DNA of 64,000 nt, taken from contig JASJLI010000099.1 in assembly GCA_037620805.1 (NCBI GenBank), positions 3,211-67,210 on the forward strand. Direction: 5' to 3'. The DNA comes from Akkermansiaceae bacterium. GTDB taxonomy: Bacteria > Verrucomicrobiota > Verrucomicrobiia > Verrucomicrobiales > Akkermansiaceae. The position numbers and the translations under genes are program-made. Positions 1 through 9,397 of this stretch are shown one piece after another. A model generated the notes under the pieces. The model had not been told where the DNA came from. It saw only the letters and a program-made list of their open reading frames with translations, and made no database searches. Within the stretch, counting starts at the first letter, position 1, and each line of letters begins with the position of its first letter.

Positions 1-595
1 TCATGGTGGAGTCGAGTGGCCCGATGATTTTGTCATTTTCCCGCCATGCATAGGGTGGCCAGTTAGGGACATCGTCACCGTAGTAATAATCGAAGCCGTG
101 ATCGATGGGGCCTCCTTTAACGGGTTTGGTGAAATCGATTTCGGTAAATTTTTCCGTGGTGCCACCACCTTTTTTCGGCCAGTGCCAGCCGAGGTGCCAT
201 TTGCCGATGCAGGCGGTTGCATAGCCTTGGACGCGGAGCATTTCGGGGAGGGTGAGTCGACTGTTCTTAATGAGTGGACGTTCCCATTTTCCAACAATCC
301 CTCTTTTAAGTCGGGAGCGCCAGTGATATCGGCCTGTGAGAACGGAGTAGCGGGATGGGCTGCAGACTCCGGAGGTGGAGTGGGCGTCCATGAAGGAGAT
401 GCCTTCGCTGGCTAATTGGTCGAGGTGGGGAGTTTTGAGGCCTAATTGATCATTATAGGCGGAAACGGAATCTATTGCCATATCGTCGCCGAGAATCAAC
501 ACGATATTGGGTTTTGCCGCTGTTTGTGGGGCTGCGTGCAATATCTGTGGTGAGGCAAGGAGACTGGTAATAATGATGACTGGAAAAAGGCGCAT
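1..595 (-). CDS. Sulfatase (arylsulfatase family), N-terminal 198 codons; the 3' end lies beyond the window start
   Basis: Not in the ORF track because it runs off the edge. Manual minus-strand translation from the ATG (complement of 593-595) gives MRLFPVIIIITSLLASPQILHAAPQTAAKPNIVLILGDDMAIDS...HSTSGVCSPSRYSVLTGRYHWRS...GYATACIGKWHLG. This shows a signal peptide, the metal-binding DD and the C-x-P-x-R formylglycine motif. The listed 1..297 ORF is a different, non-protein-like frame. Confidence 0.85.
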   Translation of the reverse strand, partial: MRLFPVIIITSLLASPQILHAAPQTAAKPNIVLILGDDMAIDSVSAYNDQLGLKTPHLDQLASEGISFMDAHSTSGVCSPSRYSVLTGRYHWRSRLKRGIVGKWERPLIKNSRLTLPEMLRVQGYATACIGKWHLGWHWPKKGGGTTEKFTEIDFTKPVKGGPIDHGFDYYYGDDVPNWPPYAWRENDKIIGPLDSTM

Positions 596-697
596 GGGAT
601 GATGGTGAAGATGACAGAGTGGCTATACGAGAGGATTTTGTGAAAATTTCATCTTCGTGCTTGGCAATGGTGGTGATGATAGCGAAGACTAGATCGC

Positions 698-997
698 ATG
701 GAACATCACGTTTACTTTTGGCTGAAAGAGGAAAAGAAGGATGCAGAGAGTTTGGCAGCCTTCGAACAAGGATTGCACGAACTTCTCAAGATTGACCAGA
801 TCGCTAGCGGAGTGTGGGGTAAGTCAGCAGCTACTGAAGAGCGCCCGGTGACGGATAAGAGTTTCGATTACGCTATTTCGCTGAAATTCGACTCACTGGA
901 TACGCATAATGTCTACCAGGATGATCCTGATCATCATGTCTTTGTAAACGCCTTTAAAGATTTTTGGGCGAATGTAAAAGTCATGGATATCGATTAG
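698..997 (+). CDS. Dabb-family stress-responsive A/B-barrel domain protein
   Basis: A 99-aa ORF with HHVYFWLKEE...FDYAISLKFDSLDTHNVYQDDPDHHVFV, the typical Dabb pattern. Confidence 0.8.
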   Translation: MEHHVYFWLKEEKKDAESLAAFEQGLHELLKIDQIASGVWGKSAATEERPVTDKSFDYAISLKFDSLDTHNVYQDDPDHHVFVNAFKDFWANVKVMDID

Positions 998-1017
998 CCC
1001 CTACTTGGGCCCATTTA

Positions 1018-3558
1018 TTAGAGGCCGAGAATGCCGAGAAACTTGGACGTATCTTCGCCGATGTCTTCGGCTGATTCCTTGATGGTTTTTGAGGTAGGGT
1101 AAAAGCCTGCCTGAGCTAGCTCGGCAGATTTTTTCAGCAGCCCTTTGGTGTAAAATTCGAGATGGGCTTCGATTTTGACTTGGTAGTCGGCGTCGATTTT
1201 TATAAGGTCCTTTTCAGTTTCATCATGAATCTCGTGAAAGCTTTCGGGGGCTCGTTCGGGGATGGATTCGGGGAGCTCTCCGGATTCTTCAACTTCGTCC
1301 ATGGCTTCGTTAACAAGATTGACGAGGAAATTGCCACGACCTCCTCGACCGCCACGACCAGGGATTTGTGGGATCTCGATTTTTTTAGCGGCCCGCTTCA
1401 TTTCGCGGATGTATTTATCGATGCGGTTGTCACGATCTTTTTCGTATGCTTCGACGTCGGGTCTGACACGGTCCTTGACCTTGCGGTTTACGGTGGCGAA
1501 CCATTTTTCGAGATCAAATGAACCGACTGTGGCGGCGCGTTTCGGAGCACTCCACTCGATGAGAATGGCATCAGCCTCGCCTTTGGCTCCTTGGGATGTG
1601 GTCCAGGATTGTGGGTTGCTTGATGATTCCATGAGGAGGCGGTTATGGGCTGGATCGCTCTTTGGTTCGCCGGGTTGCCACCCTGACGAATGCCATGTCT
1701 CACGTGTAGTCCATTGCCAAGGGTCGCTAGGTTTAAGCAGGTAACCTCCGAGCCAGTAGCTGGACTTGGCAGCGAATGTGCTAGTCATCCACTGGTTTTC
1801 GATGGCGGAAGAGGGGACCGCGAGCTGAGCTTTGTAGGATTTGGCAAGTTGGTGCGCATTTTCCCATGTCGACGATCGGGAGAGCAGTAGGAAATGTGAT
1901 TTTTGGTAAGTGCGGGTTCCGACGGGGTAGCGGGCTTTTTCAATACCGTTTTTCTCGACGCTATCTGCGGTGCGTTTGAGTTGTGCATCGAGTGTGCATG
2001 GATTTGAGCCGTCATTTCGCCACTGGAGAATGAAGCCAAATGTTTGGTTGGCTTGGGAGCTTGTTAGATTGCCCTCGGGGCTGAAGGCTACAACACGATG
2101 TTTTTTTGAAGTTGCGGTGATATTGTCATTCGTGTTCCACTCGCTAGTATCAAGCCATTGCCACTTTTCATTGGCTGCGATACCGGCGCCGAGCCATGTG
2201 GGTTGGTTTGTTTTGAACGATTGAGATAGCCAATTTTTATCCTCGTTGGTTGAGGCAATCGCCAGGTGGGCTCCGTGGTCTTCGGCAAAGCGTAAAGCGT
2301 CCTGCCATTTGACGGGTTGTTTGAGGTGGAGAAAGTGGCTGCCATTGTGTTCAAGGGTGCCCTCTGGGAACTCGTCTCTGGCGCCACTTGCGAGTTTTTC
2401 TTTTAACTTGGCGAGGGCTTGACGCGGGCTTTCTATTTTTGGTGCAGGTTTACTGACTGTAATAGGAGTAGGTTTTTCCGGCGTAAGTTTCTTGGGGAGA
2501 GGTGTTGGGGGTAGCTCCGGCTTAGGGCTTGGAATCGTAGGCGTTTCGGCGGTCGTGGGAAGAGGTGTGTCCTTTTTCTGAGATGATAAATAAACACCTA
2601 CGCTTACAGCTGCGATGCCTAATATAACGAGGGTGGCTACGAGCGCTGGTGAGCTTTTCTTTGGGATTGTGACAATACTTGAAGGCTTGGCGATCGGCGT
2701 GCCTGTGCCTGCGGCTGGAGTGAGGTTCAGTCGGGTCGCAACGGGCGTGGCCTTGAGTGCTTTTTCCAAATCATCGGCAAGTTCTGCGGCCGTCGTGTAG
2801 CGTAGTTGCGGATTTGATTGGGTGCTGCGAGCTACGATGGCATCAAATACCCTCGGGCATCCCGAGATCATGGATGGTGGAGTTTTTGCTTCGTCCGGGA
2901 GAGCGCCTGCGAGGAGTTCGTGGAGGATGACTCCCGTGGAAAAAATGTCGGCCCGTCGATCGACCTGAAAGCGATGAATAATCTCAGGTGCCGTGTAGCC
3001 CGGGGTGCCGTAGATAGTTTCGTCAGCAGAGGCTGTTTCATTCATCGGACTGGCGAGGCCGAAGTCGCCGATCTTGGGAGTGGCGTCTGGAGAGAGGAGA
3101 ATATTGGCTGGTTTGACATCGCGATGGAGAATGTCGGAGGTGTGGGCGTGATCAAGGCCTCGACAGATGGCGATGACGATTTTTGCTGCTTGAGTGGGGT
3201 CGATGGCTTTCCCGTAGGACGAATGGTAAAGAGATTTACCATGGACGCATTCCATCACTAGAAAAAGCATGCCGTCTGCTTCTCCAAAGTCATAAACCCC
3301 AATCAGGTTAGGGTGGTTAAGTCTGGCCATCGCCTTGGCTTCGGCCTCGAACGATGCACGGAATGTAGGGTCTGCACCAAATTCACGGGGGAGGATCTTG
3401 ATGGCAACAGGTCGATCCAGAGAGATCTGACGTGCTTTGTAGACCGCTCCCATGCCTCCTTGAGCAATGAAATCCTCGATTTCATACGAAGGGAATAGTG
3501 GCTGGAGATCTTCGATAGAAGGAGCTTCGAAGTTGATTGTCTCGGATGGTTGTTCCAT
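1018..3558 (-). CDS. Ser/Thr protein kinase with one TM helix, a Pro-rich linker, two C-type-lectin-like ectodomains and a charged C-terminal region
   Basis: Kinase motifs: GGMGAVYKA, AIK, HRDVKPANILL, DFGLA, GTPGYTAPE. TM helix: LVATLVILGIAAVSVGVYL. Two repeats of the form HFL.L....W..A...A....A.LA......E..W......WLG....W.W. Confidence 0.9.
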   Translation of the reverse strand: MEQPSETINFEAPSIEDLQPLFPSYEIEDFIAQGGMGAVYKARQISLDRPVAIKILPREFGADPTFRASFEAEAKAMARLNHPNLIGVYDFGEADGMLFLVMECVHGKSLYHSSYGKAIDPTQAAKIVIAICRGLDHAHTSDILHRDVKPANILLSPDATPKIGDFGLASPMNETASADETIYGTPGYTAPEIIHRFQVDRRADIFSTGVILHELLAGALPDEAKTPPSMISGCPRVFDAIVARSTQSNPQLRYTTAAELADDLEKALKATPVATRLNLTPAAGTGTPIAKPSSIVTIPKKSSPALVATLVILGIAAVSVGVYLSSQKKDTPLPTTAETPTIPSPKPELPPTPLPKKLTPEKPTPITVSKPAPKIESPRQALAKLKEKLASGARDEFPEGTLEHNGSHFLHLKQPVKWQDALRFAEDHGAHLAIASTNEDKNWLSQSFKTNQPTWLGAGIAANEKWQWLDTSEWNTNDNITATSKKHRVVAFSPEGNLTSSQANQTFGFILQWRNDGSNPCTLDAQLKRTADSVEKNGIEKARYPVGTRTYQKSHFLLLSRSSTWENAHQLAKSYKAQLAVPSSAIENQWMTSTFAAKSSYWLGGYLLKPSDPWQWTTRETWHSSGWQPGEPKSDPAHNRLLMESSSNPQSWTTSQGAKGEADAILIEWSAPKRAATVGSFDLEKWFATVNRKVKDRVRPDVEAYEKDRDNRIDKYIREMKRAAKKIEIPQIPGRGGRGGRGNFLVNLVNEAMDEVEESGELPESIPERAPESFHEIHDETEKDLIKIDADYQVKIEAHLEFYTKGLLKKSAELAQAGFYPTSKTIKESAEDIGEDTSKFLGILGL

Positions 3559-3785
3559 GGGGATCGGGCAGTGAAGTATTGGCGACTCTTATATAAACCG
3601 TCACCGAGGGTAAAGGTTGTGAGTAGAATGTCGACTTCATAAGGAAATCTGTGACATAAAGTATTATTGAAAAGCTTAATTTTTGGTGTGATTTGTGCAT
3701 GGAGAGAGGGAACTTGAAATAAACCTTTGCCAGTCCTTCGCATGCTGCTACAAAGCGGTCTCAAGAGCTATTCAGCTATCCATTT

Positions 3786-4778
3786 ATGTCGGGCAAACTT
3801 ACCTACAAGGAATCAGGTGTGGACACTAGAGAAGCGGCAGCCCTCGTTGGGGATATTGGCGCTCACGTTCGCAGGACGCAGACTCAACGGCAGCTCTACG
3901 GTGCTTTTGGTCTATTCGCAGCATGTTACGACCTCAGTGACTACAAGAAACCTGTTATTGTCACGGGCTGTGATGGTGTCGGCACGAAGCTTGAGCTTCT
4001 GCTGGAACACGATTTGCTCGAAGCGGCAGGTAAGGATCTTATCGCCATGAGCGTGAATGACATTCTTACCACCGGAGGCGATCCTCTCATGTTTCTCGAT
4101 TATATTGGGATAGCTGCTTTGGATAAACCAAGAATCACTCGCCTAATTGCAGGTATGTGTGATTATCTTGAAGATTGTGGATGTATTCTGGCCGGTGGTG
4201 AGACCGCCGAAATGCCAGGTATCGTTCCCGAGGACGTGATTGAACTTTCCGGCTTCTGTATCGGGTGCTGTGAAAAGCCAGATTTGATCGACCCAACGAC
4301 AATCGCCACAGGTGATGTGCTTATTGGCTACGGCTCAGATGGCCCTCACGCAAATGGCTTCAGCTTGATCAGACGCGTTCTTGCCGAGCACGGTGATGCA
4401 TTTACTAAAGAGGAAATTGTCAGCCTGCTTGCCCCGACTCGTCAATACCATGATGTCGTAAACGATATCAAAGCCGCCGGCGTGAAGCCGAAGGCAATGG
4501 CACACATCACCGGTGGTGGACTTCCTGAAAACCTTGAACGGCTACTCCCAAATCACGGTGCAGATGTAGTGATCCCTAACTGGGACAATGCCGCGATGCA
4601 GAAGATGTTCGAATTCGTCGATGCTGACGATAAGTTCCACACCTTCAACATGGGCTTCGGCTGGGTGGTTATTGTTTCACCTGATCAAGCAGACGAGATT
4701 CTCTCTGCAGGACCTGGTGGGGTGAAAATCGGAACTATCACCGATACCCACGGGGTTCGAGTGAGCATGGAATCTTAG
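3786..4778 (+). CDS. purM: Phosphoribosylformylglycinamidine cyclo-ligase (AIR synthetase)
   Basis: 330 aa with YKESGVDT...GCDGVGTKL...AMSVNDI...HITGGG, the PurM signature layout. Confidence 0.95.
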   Translation: MSGKLTYKESGVDTREAAALVGDIGAHVRRTQTQRQLYGAFGLFAACYDLSDYKKPVIVTGCDGVGTKLELLLEHDLLEAAGKDLIAMSVNDILTTGGDPLMFLDYIGIAALDKPRITRLIAGMCDYLEDCGCILAGGETAEMPGIVPEDVIELSGFCIGCCEKPDLIDPTTIATGDVLIGYGSDGPHANGFSLIRRVLAEHGDAFTKEEIVSLLAPTRQYHDVVNDIKAAGVKPKAMAHITGGGLPENLERLLPNHGADVVIPNWDNAAMQKMFEFVDADDKFHTFNMGFGWVVIVSPDQADEILSAGPGGVKIGTITDTHGVRVSMES

Positions 4779-4782
4779 TCCT

Positions 4783-4817
4783 GATAACGAGTAACCGATA
4801 ACGGCTAACTATCCTAC
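4783..4817 (+). repeat. Heptad array GATAACG AGTAACC GATAACG GCTAACT ATCCTAC ending at the purF ATG
   Basis: Five 7-nt units run exactly up to position 4817; the purF ATG is at 4818. Confidence 0.75.
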
Positions 4818-6743
4818 ATGAGTGATAAACTGACACACGAATGCGGAATCGCCGTTGTGCGACTTCGTAAACCTCTTTCCTACTACAAAGATAAATACGG
4901 CACCGCTCTCTGGGGTTTGAACAAGCTTTTCCTTCTTATGGAAAAGCAACACAACCGGGGCCAAGATGGAATTGGTATCGGCTGTGTGAAGCTTGATATG
5001 CCACTGGGTCAGTCGTATATTTTCCGACGCAGAGATGCTGCGAAGGATTCCATGGCATCCGTTTTCAGTAAGGAACTGAAGAGTTTCAACAAAATGGCTC
5101 GTAAGGGCATTCTCGATCCGGAAGATCCGAAATCAGTTAAAGAGAAATTCGATTTCGGTGGTGAGGTTCTTGTCGGACACCTCCGCTACGGCACGTCTGG
5201 TGAATTTGACTCGGGATCATGTCACCCATACCTGCGTCGCAGTAACTGGCCAACCCGCACCTTGATGGTGATGGGTAACTTCAACATGACCAATGCAGGT
5301 GAGCTGAATACCAAGCTCATGGATCGCGGACAGCATCCCATTTTTGGCACAGATACTCAGACGGTGTTAGAAGAAATTGGTTTCCATCTCGATGAGCACC
5401 ACACAGACCTTTATCACAAGCTTCGCGATGAAGGTGTGGACGGTCGGAAAATCCCCGCAATGATTTCTGATCAGATCGACTTGCCAACTATTCTCCGTGA
5501 TTCAGGAGAACCATGGGACGGTGGTTATGCCATCAGTGGCGTGGTGGGAAATGGCGACATGTTTGTCATGCGCGATCCTCGTGGTATTAGGCCATGTCAT
5601 GTCTACCAGGACGATGAAGTGATTGCTTTTGCTTCGGAGCGTGTGCCTCTGATGACTGTGTTCGAAGCTGATAAGGAAGATGTTCAGGAGGTGGAGCCAG
5701 GAACGGCGATCATCGTTCGTCGTGATGGGTCGCAGAGCACGCAGCGTTTTCACGATGAACGTCCTCCGAGCCCATGCTCATTTGAGCGCATTTATTTTTC
5801 ACGCGGTAATGATCCATCGATCTACCGCGAACGTAAGGCGATGGGTGCGGCACTGGTTGACCAGGTCTTTAAATCGATTGGTAGCAATTTTGATAAATCC
5901 GTATTCTCCTTTATTCCGAATACGGCAGAAACAGCGTATTATGGATTTTTGGATGGGCTGCGATTGCTTCGACGGCAGCAAGTCCGAGCAGAAATCATGG
6001 ATGCCTGTGAGAAGGGTGTGCTTACCGAGGATGTTCTAGATGACCTGATCATGCGTAACTGGCCACGTGGTGAGAAGGCCGTGCATAAGGATATCAAAAT
6101 GCGCACGTTTATTTCTCAGGAAAAAGGACGGGCTCAACTGGTGTCACACGTTTATGATATCACTTATGATCTGGTGAAGCCGGGTGATGCTTTGGTCGCG
6201 TTGGACGATTCAATCGTCCGAGGAACAACGCTTAAAGAATCCATTCTTAAAATTCTTGCTAGAACAAATCCTCGCAAGATTGTCGTTTGCTCAACAGCGC
6301 CGCAAATTCGCTACCCCGACTGCTATGGCATCGATATGTCGGAATTAGGGAAATTCATCGCATTCCAGGCAACGATTAATCTGATTAAGCGATCTGGTAA
6401 ATCGCGACTCCTTGCAGATGTCTATCAGGCATGTAAAGAGGAGTTGAAAAAACCAAGTGAAGAGCGAGTGAATAAGGTGAAGATGATTTACGATGACTTC
6501 ACCGACGAGGAAATTTCCGCAGAGATTAGTCGGATGGTATACCCTGAGGACCTTGGTTGGAGTGGTGAGGTGGAAGTCATTTTCCAAACGATCGAAAACC
6601 TTCGTGCCTGTATCAAGGGGCCGTGTGGTGACTGGTATTTTACAGGTGATTATCCCACACCCGGAGGATTTGCCACCGTCAACCTAGCCTACGTCAAGTG
6701 GTTCGAAGGAGCCGACGGACGGAGCTATGACCTGCCACTTTAA
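4818..6743 (+). CDS. purF: Amidophosphoribosyltransferase, long (about 640 aa) class-II glutamine amidotransferase type
   Basis: N-terminal ...HECGIAVV (Ntn Cys), a GHLRYGTSG region and the PRTase motif ALVALDDSIVRGTT. It follows purM. Confidence 0.9.
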   Translation: MSDKLTHECGIAVVRLRKPLSYYKDKYGTALWGLNKLFLLMEKQHNRGQDGIGIGCVKLDMPLGQSYIFRRRDAAKDSMASVFSKELKSFNKMARKGILDPEDPKSVKEKFDFGGEVLVGHLRYGTSGEFDSGSCHPYLRRSNWPTRTLMVMGNFNMTNAGELNTKLMDRGQHPIFGTDTQTVLEEIGFHLDEHHTDLYHKLRDEGVDGRKIPAMISDQIDLPTILRDSGEPWDGGYAISGVVGNGDMFVMRDPRGIRPCHVYQDDEVIAFASERVPLMTVFEADKEDVQEVEPGTAIIVRRDGSQSTQRFHDERPPSPCSFERIYFSRGNDPSIYRERKAMGAALVDQVFKSIGSNFDKSVFSFIPNTAETAYYGFLDGLRLLRRQQVRAEIMDACEKGVLTEDVLDDLIMRNWPRGEKAVHKDIKMRTFISQEKGRAQLVSHVYDITYDLVKPGDALVALDDSIVRGTTLKESILKILARTNPRKIVVCSTAPQIRYPDCYGIDMSELGKFIAFQATINLIKRSGKSRLLADVYQACKEELKKPSEERVNKVKMIYDDFTDEEISAEISRMVYPEDLGWSGEVEVIFQTIENLRACIKGPCGDWYFTGDYPTPGGFATVNLAYVKWFEGADGRSYDLPL

Positions 6744-6763
6744 ATGGGCAAGTTACTAGTGGA

Positions 6764-7345
6764 ATGGTCGCGGCGCACACCTTGGTGTGGTCGGAAGGCA
6801 TGACGGATTGGTTGCCAGCTTCATCCATCGATGGATTATTTGAAGCTCCTATACCACAAGCTGCTCCAGCCCCGACGTTACATCAGCCACAGATAAACCT
6901 AGGTTCCCCCATGGCAACGCAATCGGCCCCAGCTCAGGTAAATCCCTACAGCAAACCACAGGCAAATTTAGGGATGGGATCCGGTATTCAGCCTAAACTG
7001 ACATTGACGGGTATTTTGTTCTCCTTCTCGGGTCGTATACCGCGGCGCACTTTTTGGGGTGCCTCTCTTTCTGTTATCGGTATTTTCTATGCTGCTATGT
7101 TGGGTGCAATGGCGGTATTGGGCGAAAATTCAGGGGCCTTTATGGGATTGATAATCCTGCTCTATATTCCCATGATCTGGTGTATGCTGGCGATTCAGTG
7201 TAAGCGCTGGCATGACCTTGATAAGTCTGGTTGGTGGTATTTTATTAGCTGGATTCCATTTGTTGGGTCGATTTGGTTCCTCATAGAAACGGGCTGTCTC
7301 CGTGGCACCTTTGGATTGAATCGTTACGGTGAAGATCCTACGTAG
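6764..7345 (+). CDS. DUF805 membrane protein carrying only the C-terminal half of a GYF_2 (DUF4339) domain
   Basis: HTLVWSEGMTDWLPASSIDGLF is the GYF_2 C-terminal half. The C-terminal RIPRRTFWG...KRWHDLDKSGWW...NRYGEDP matches DUF805. Confidence 0.7.
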   Translation: MVAAHTLVWSEGMTDWLPASSIDGLFEAPIPQAAPAPTLHQPQINLGSPMATQSAPAQVNPYSKPQANLGMGSGIQPKLTLTGILFSFSGRIPRRTFWGASLSVIGIFYAAMLGAMAVLGENSGAFMGLIILLYIPMIWCMLAIQCKRWHDLDKSGWWYFISWIPFVGSIWFLIETGCLRGTFGLNRYGEDPT

Positions 7346-7405
7346 TCGATAATTTGCCTCTAATCCGAGCTTGAGGCTTAGCCAACAAAGTCTAGTCTTG
7401 GAGTC

Positions 7406-8494
7406 GTGGACCACATGACAATTTCCCAACTTAGGCTGCACACCAGTGTAGATCCTCTTTCAGCAAGTTTTGATGCCCAGTTAGAGCGCAAAGCGGAGCG
7501 CGAAACAAAAACGGGGAAACCCTATTATGAAATTTCGCTGGTCGATGGCACCGGTGATATGAAACTCAAGGTCTGGGAAAACAGACCTCAATTCCGTGCC
7601 CTCCAGGATCTCCCCGACGGCACACTACTTCGCCTGAGCGGCGAGTGGACTCAGAATCAGTATGGAATCGATTCCTCCAAGTGGGACATGCGCTTGCTTA
7701 ACGAAGGGGAGGGGGCTGACTTCCTGGCCGGGGATCCTGAAACCAGAGCCCGTCAGGATGCCGACTGGGCAGACATCACTTTAATGATCGGTGGAATTGC
7801 TGACCCTCGGTTAAATGAAATCTGTGCCGAATTTGTTAGGCAGTATGAAGATCGTTTTCGCAGAAGTGCCGCAGCGCGGAAAAACCACCATGCTCGTCGA
7901 GGTGGGTTGGTGGAGCACGTTGCCCAGATGATGCGCAGCTCCCATGCTGTTTGTTCGGTATATACTAACCTGAACCGCGATTTGATCGTCGCCGGTGTTT
8001 TGTTTCACGACTGTGGTAAGATGTGGGAAAACACCTATCCTGAAGCTGGCTTTACCCAACCATTCAATATGCATGGCGAGATGCTTGGACACATCCCATT
8101 GGGGATCGAAACCGTCAATAAACTCTGGCGTGAGATGATGGAAAAACCCGTTGCTAAAGATTGGAATGAGCTCAAGCCGGCCACAGAAGACGTTCATCTC
8201 CACCTGCTGCATCTGATTGCGAGCCATCATGGCACTCACGAGTGGGGGTCGCCTACGTTGCCTCGAACACCGGAGGCTATGGCCTTGCACTACATCGATA
8301 ATATGGATGCCAAGTACGAGATGATGCGTATGGGCTACGAGAGCTCACCCGAGCTGGCACCTGGGATTCAGGAACGTAAATTTCCTCTGCCCGCTAGTCT
8401 TGTGAAACCACTGGCCCATTTTTACAAAGAGGAAAAACAGAGAGGGGGAGACCAGAGAGTCGTCGAGGATGACTCTTCCGGTGAGCTTTTTTAA
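7406..8494 (+). CDS. OB-fold plus HD-domain phosphohydrolase (YhaM-like 3'-5' exoribonuclease family)
   Basis: N-terminal OB-like segment (KPYYEISLVDGTGDMKLKVW). HD motifs: HHARRGGLVEH, LFHDCGK, ASHHG. GTG start at 7406; an alternative ATG is at 7415. Confidence 0.75.
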   Translation: MDHMTISQLRLHTSVDPLSASFDAQLERKAERETKTGKPYYEISLVDGTGDMKLKVWENRPQFRALQDLPDGTLLRLSGEWTQNQYGIDSSKWDMRLLNEGEGADFLAGDPETRARQDADWADITLMIGGIADPRLNEICAEFVRQYEDRFRRSAAARKNHHARRGGLVEHVAQMMRSSHAVCSVYTNLNRDLIVAGVLFHDCGKMWENTYPEAGFTQPFNMHGEMLGHIPLGIETVNKLWREMMEKPVAKDWNELKPATEDVHLHLLHLIASHHGTHEWGSPTLPRTPEAMALHYIDNMDAKYEMMRMGYESSPELAPGIQERKFPLPASLVKPLAHFYKEEKQRGGDQRVVEDDSSGELF

Positions 8495-8594
8495 CGATCT
8501 CATCCGGACCTAGGAGATACGCAAAAATACGCAGCCCTAAAAATACTGGCAACTTGGCATCAGTTCGTTATGCTACCACTAGTTTAGCAACAAC

Positions 8595-9193
8595 GTGACT
8601 ACACCATTACGCATTGTTTCCCCCTTTGAAGAAGCGGGAGTCAGCCAGCTCTCTGATGAAGAGCTTGTGAAGCTGTGCCAAGATGAATTGCCCCACGATT
8701 TGGAGGCTTACAAAGAGCTCGTGAAGCGTTATGAAGGGCTCGTTTATAACCTTTGTATGAAATTTTAGGCTCGCGCGAGGATGCCGAGGAGGTGGCGCAG
8801 GATTCGCTTCTACAAGTGTTTCACAAGATTCATCAGTTCCAGGGTAGGTCGGCGTTTAAAACCTGGCTCTATAAAATTGTGCACAATTACTGCCGCAACC
8901 GCATCAGTAAGATTATAAGAAAGCGCGAAGTGCAGGAAGCCTACGAGGATCATGCCAAGGAGGACCTGCCATCCGCTACCTTTGAGGGCGCTGATTCATC
9001 AGAAAAAAGCGCTCACATTCAGGAAGCACTGAACAAACTCAAACCTAAGGAAAAGGAAATTATCGTCTACAAATTCATATCAGGTATGACGCTACAGGAG
9101 ATCTCCGAGGTCACCGGTATTGGCGTATCCGCCGCCAAGATGCGTTACTATCGTCCCCAGAATCACCACCCGAAACATCATGAATCTTACTGA
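8595..9193 (+). pseudogene. ECF (sigma-70 family) RNA polymerase sigma factor, reading frame broken by an apparent 1-nt loss between 8750 and 8766
   Basis: Frame A (GTG 8595 to TAG 8766-8768) encodes ...YKELVKRYEGLVYNLCMKF*. The frame offset by +2 nt relative to frame A (from 8753) continues ILGSREDAEEVAQDSLLQVFHKIHQFQGRSAFKTWLYKIVHNYCRNRI...EKEIIVYKFISGMTLQEISEVTGIGVSAAKMRYYR (regions 2 and 4). One extra A in ATGAAA|TTTTAGG restores ...CMKILGSRED... Confidence 0.75.
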
Positions 9194-9374
9194 TGCCATG
9201 CCCCTAGACGAGGCTCAGATCCATCTTCTTTTCGAAGAAGCCGGTCTGATCCAAGCTGAGGATATTGCCTATGTCCCCACTGGCCGCACCGTCCTGATGA
9301 GCCCTCTCATGGTCGCCGCCGCCGCCGTCAAGGGTGAGCTTGCCGATGCTCGTGAAGTATTCTCGATAAACTAA
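9180..9374 (+). CDS. Small hypothetical ORF (64 aa) overlapping the sigma-factor stop; a candidate partner or anti-sigma protein, unsupported by any motif
   Basis: ATG at 9180 gives MNLTDAMPLDEAQIHLLFEEAGLIQ... The only support is position after an ECF sigma gene. Confidence 0.25.
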   Translation: MNLTDAMPLDEAQIHLLFEEAGLIQAEDIAYVPTGRTVLMSPLMVAAAAVKGELADAREVFSIN

Positions 9375-9397
9375 TAAACAAACCCAAAAACACGTAT

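Noticed and set aside
1-415. Track ORFs 1..297 (-) and 98..415 (+).
   Set aside because: The real coding frame here is the minus-strand sulfatase N-terminus (1..595), which carries the CSPSR motif. The listed ORFs are alternative frames of it.
6690-6763. Possible purF-GYF fusion, or a frameshift joining the purF C-terminus (KWFEGADGRSYDLPL) to the GYF half-domain.
   Set aside because: As far as I recall, the ...EG...R.Y ending matches the native C-terminus of long-type PurF proteins. The resemblance to the GYF start (WFYGKD...) is short and can be coincidental. I cannot verify this without an alignment.
8757-8768. A prfB-style programmed frameshift at AAA-TTT-TAG in the ECF sigma gene.
   Set aside because: A +1 slip on UUU-UAG enters the wrong frame. 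The required -1 shift has no X-XXY-YYZ slippery heptamer, and I see no upstream SD-like stimulator. A simple base loss is more parsimonious.
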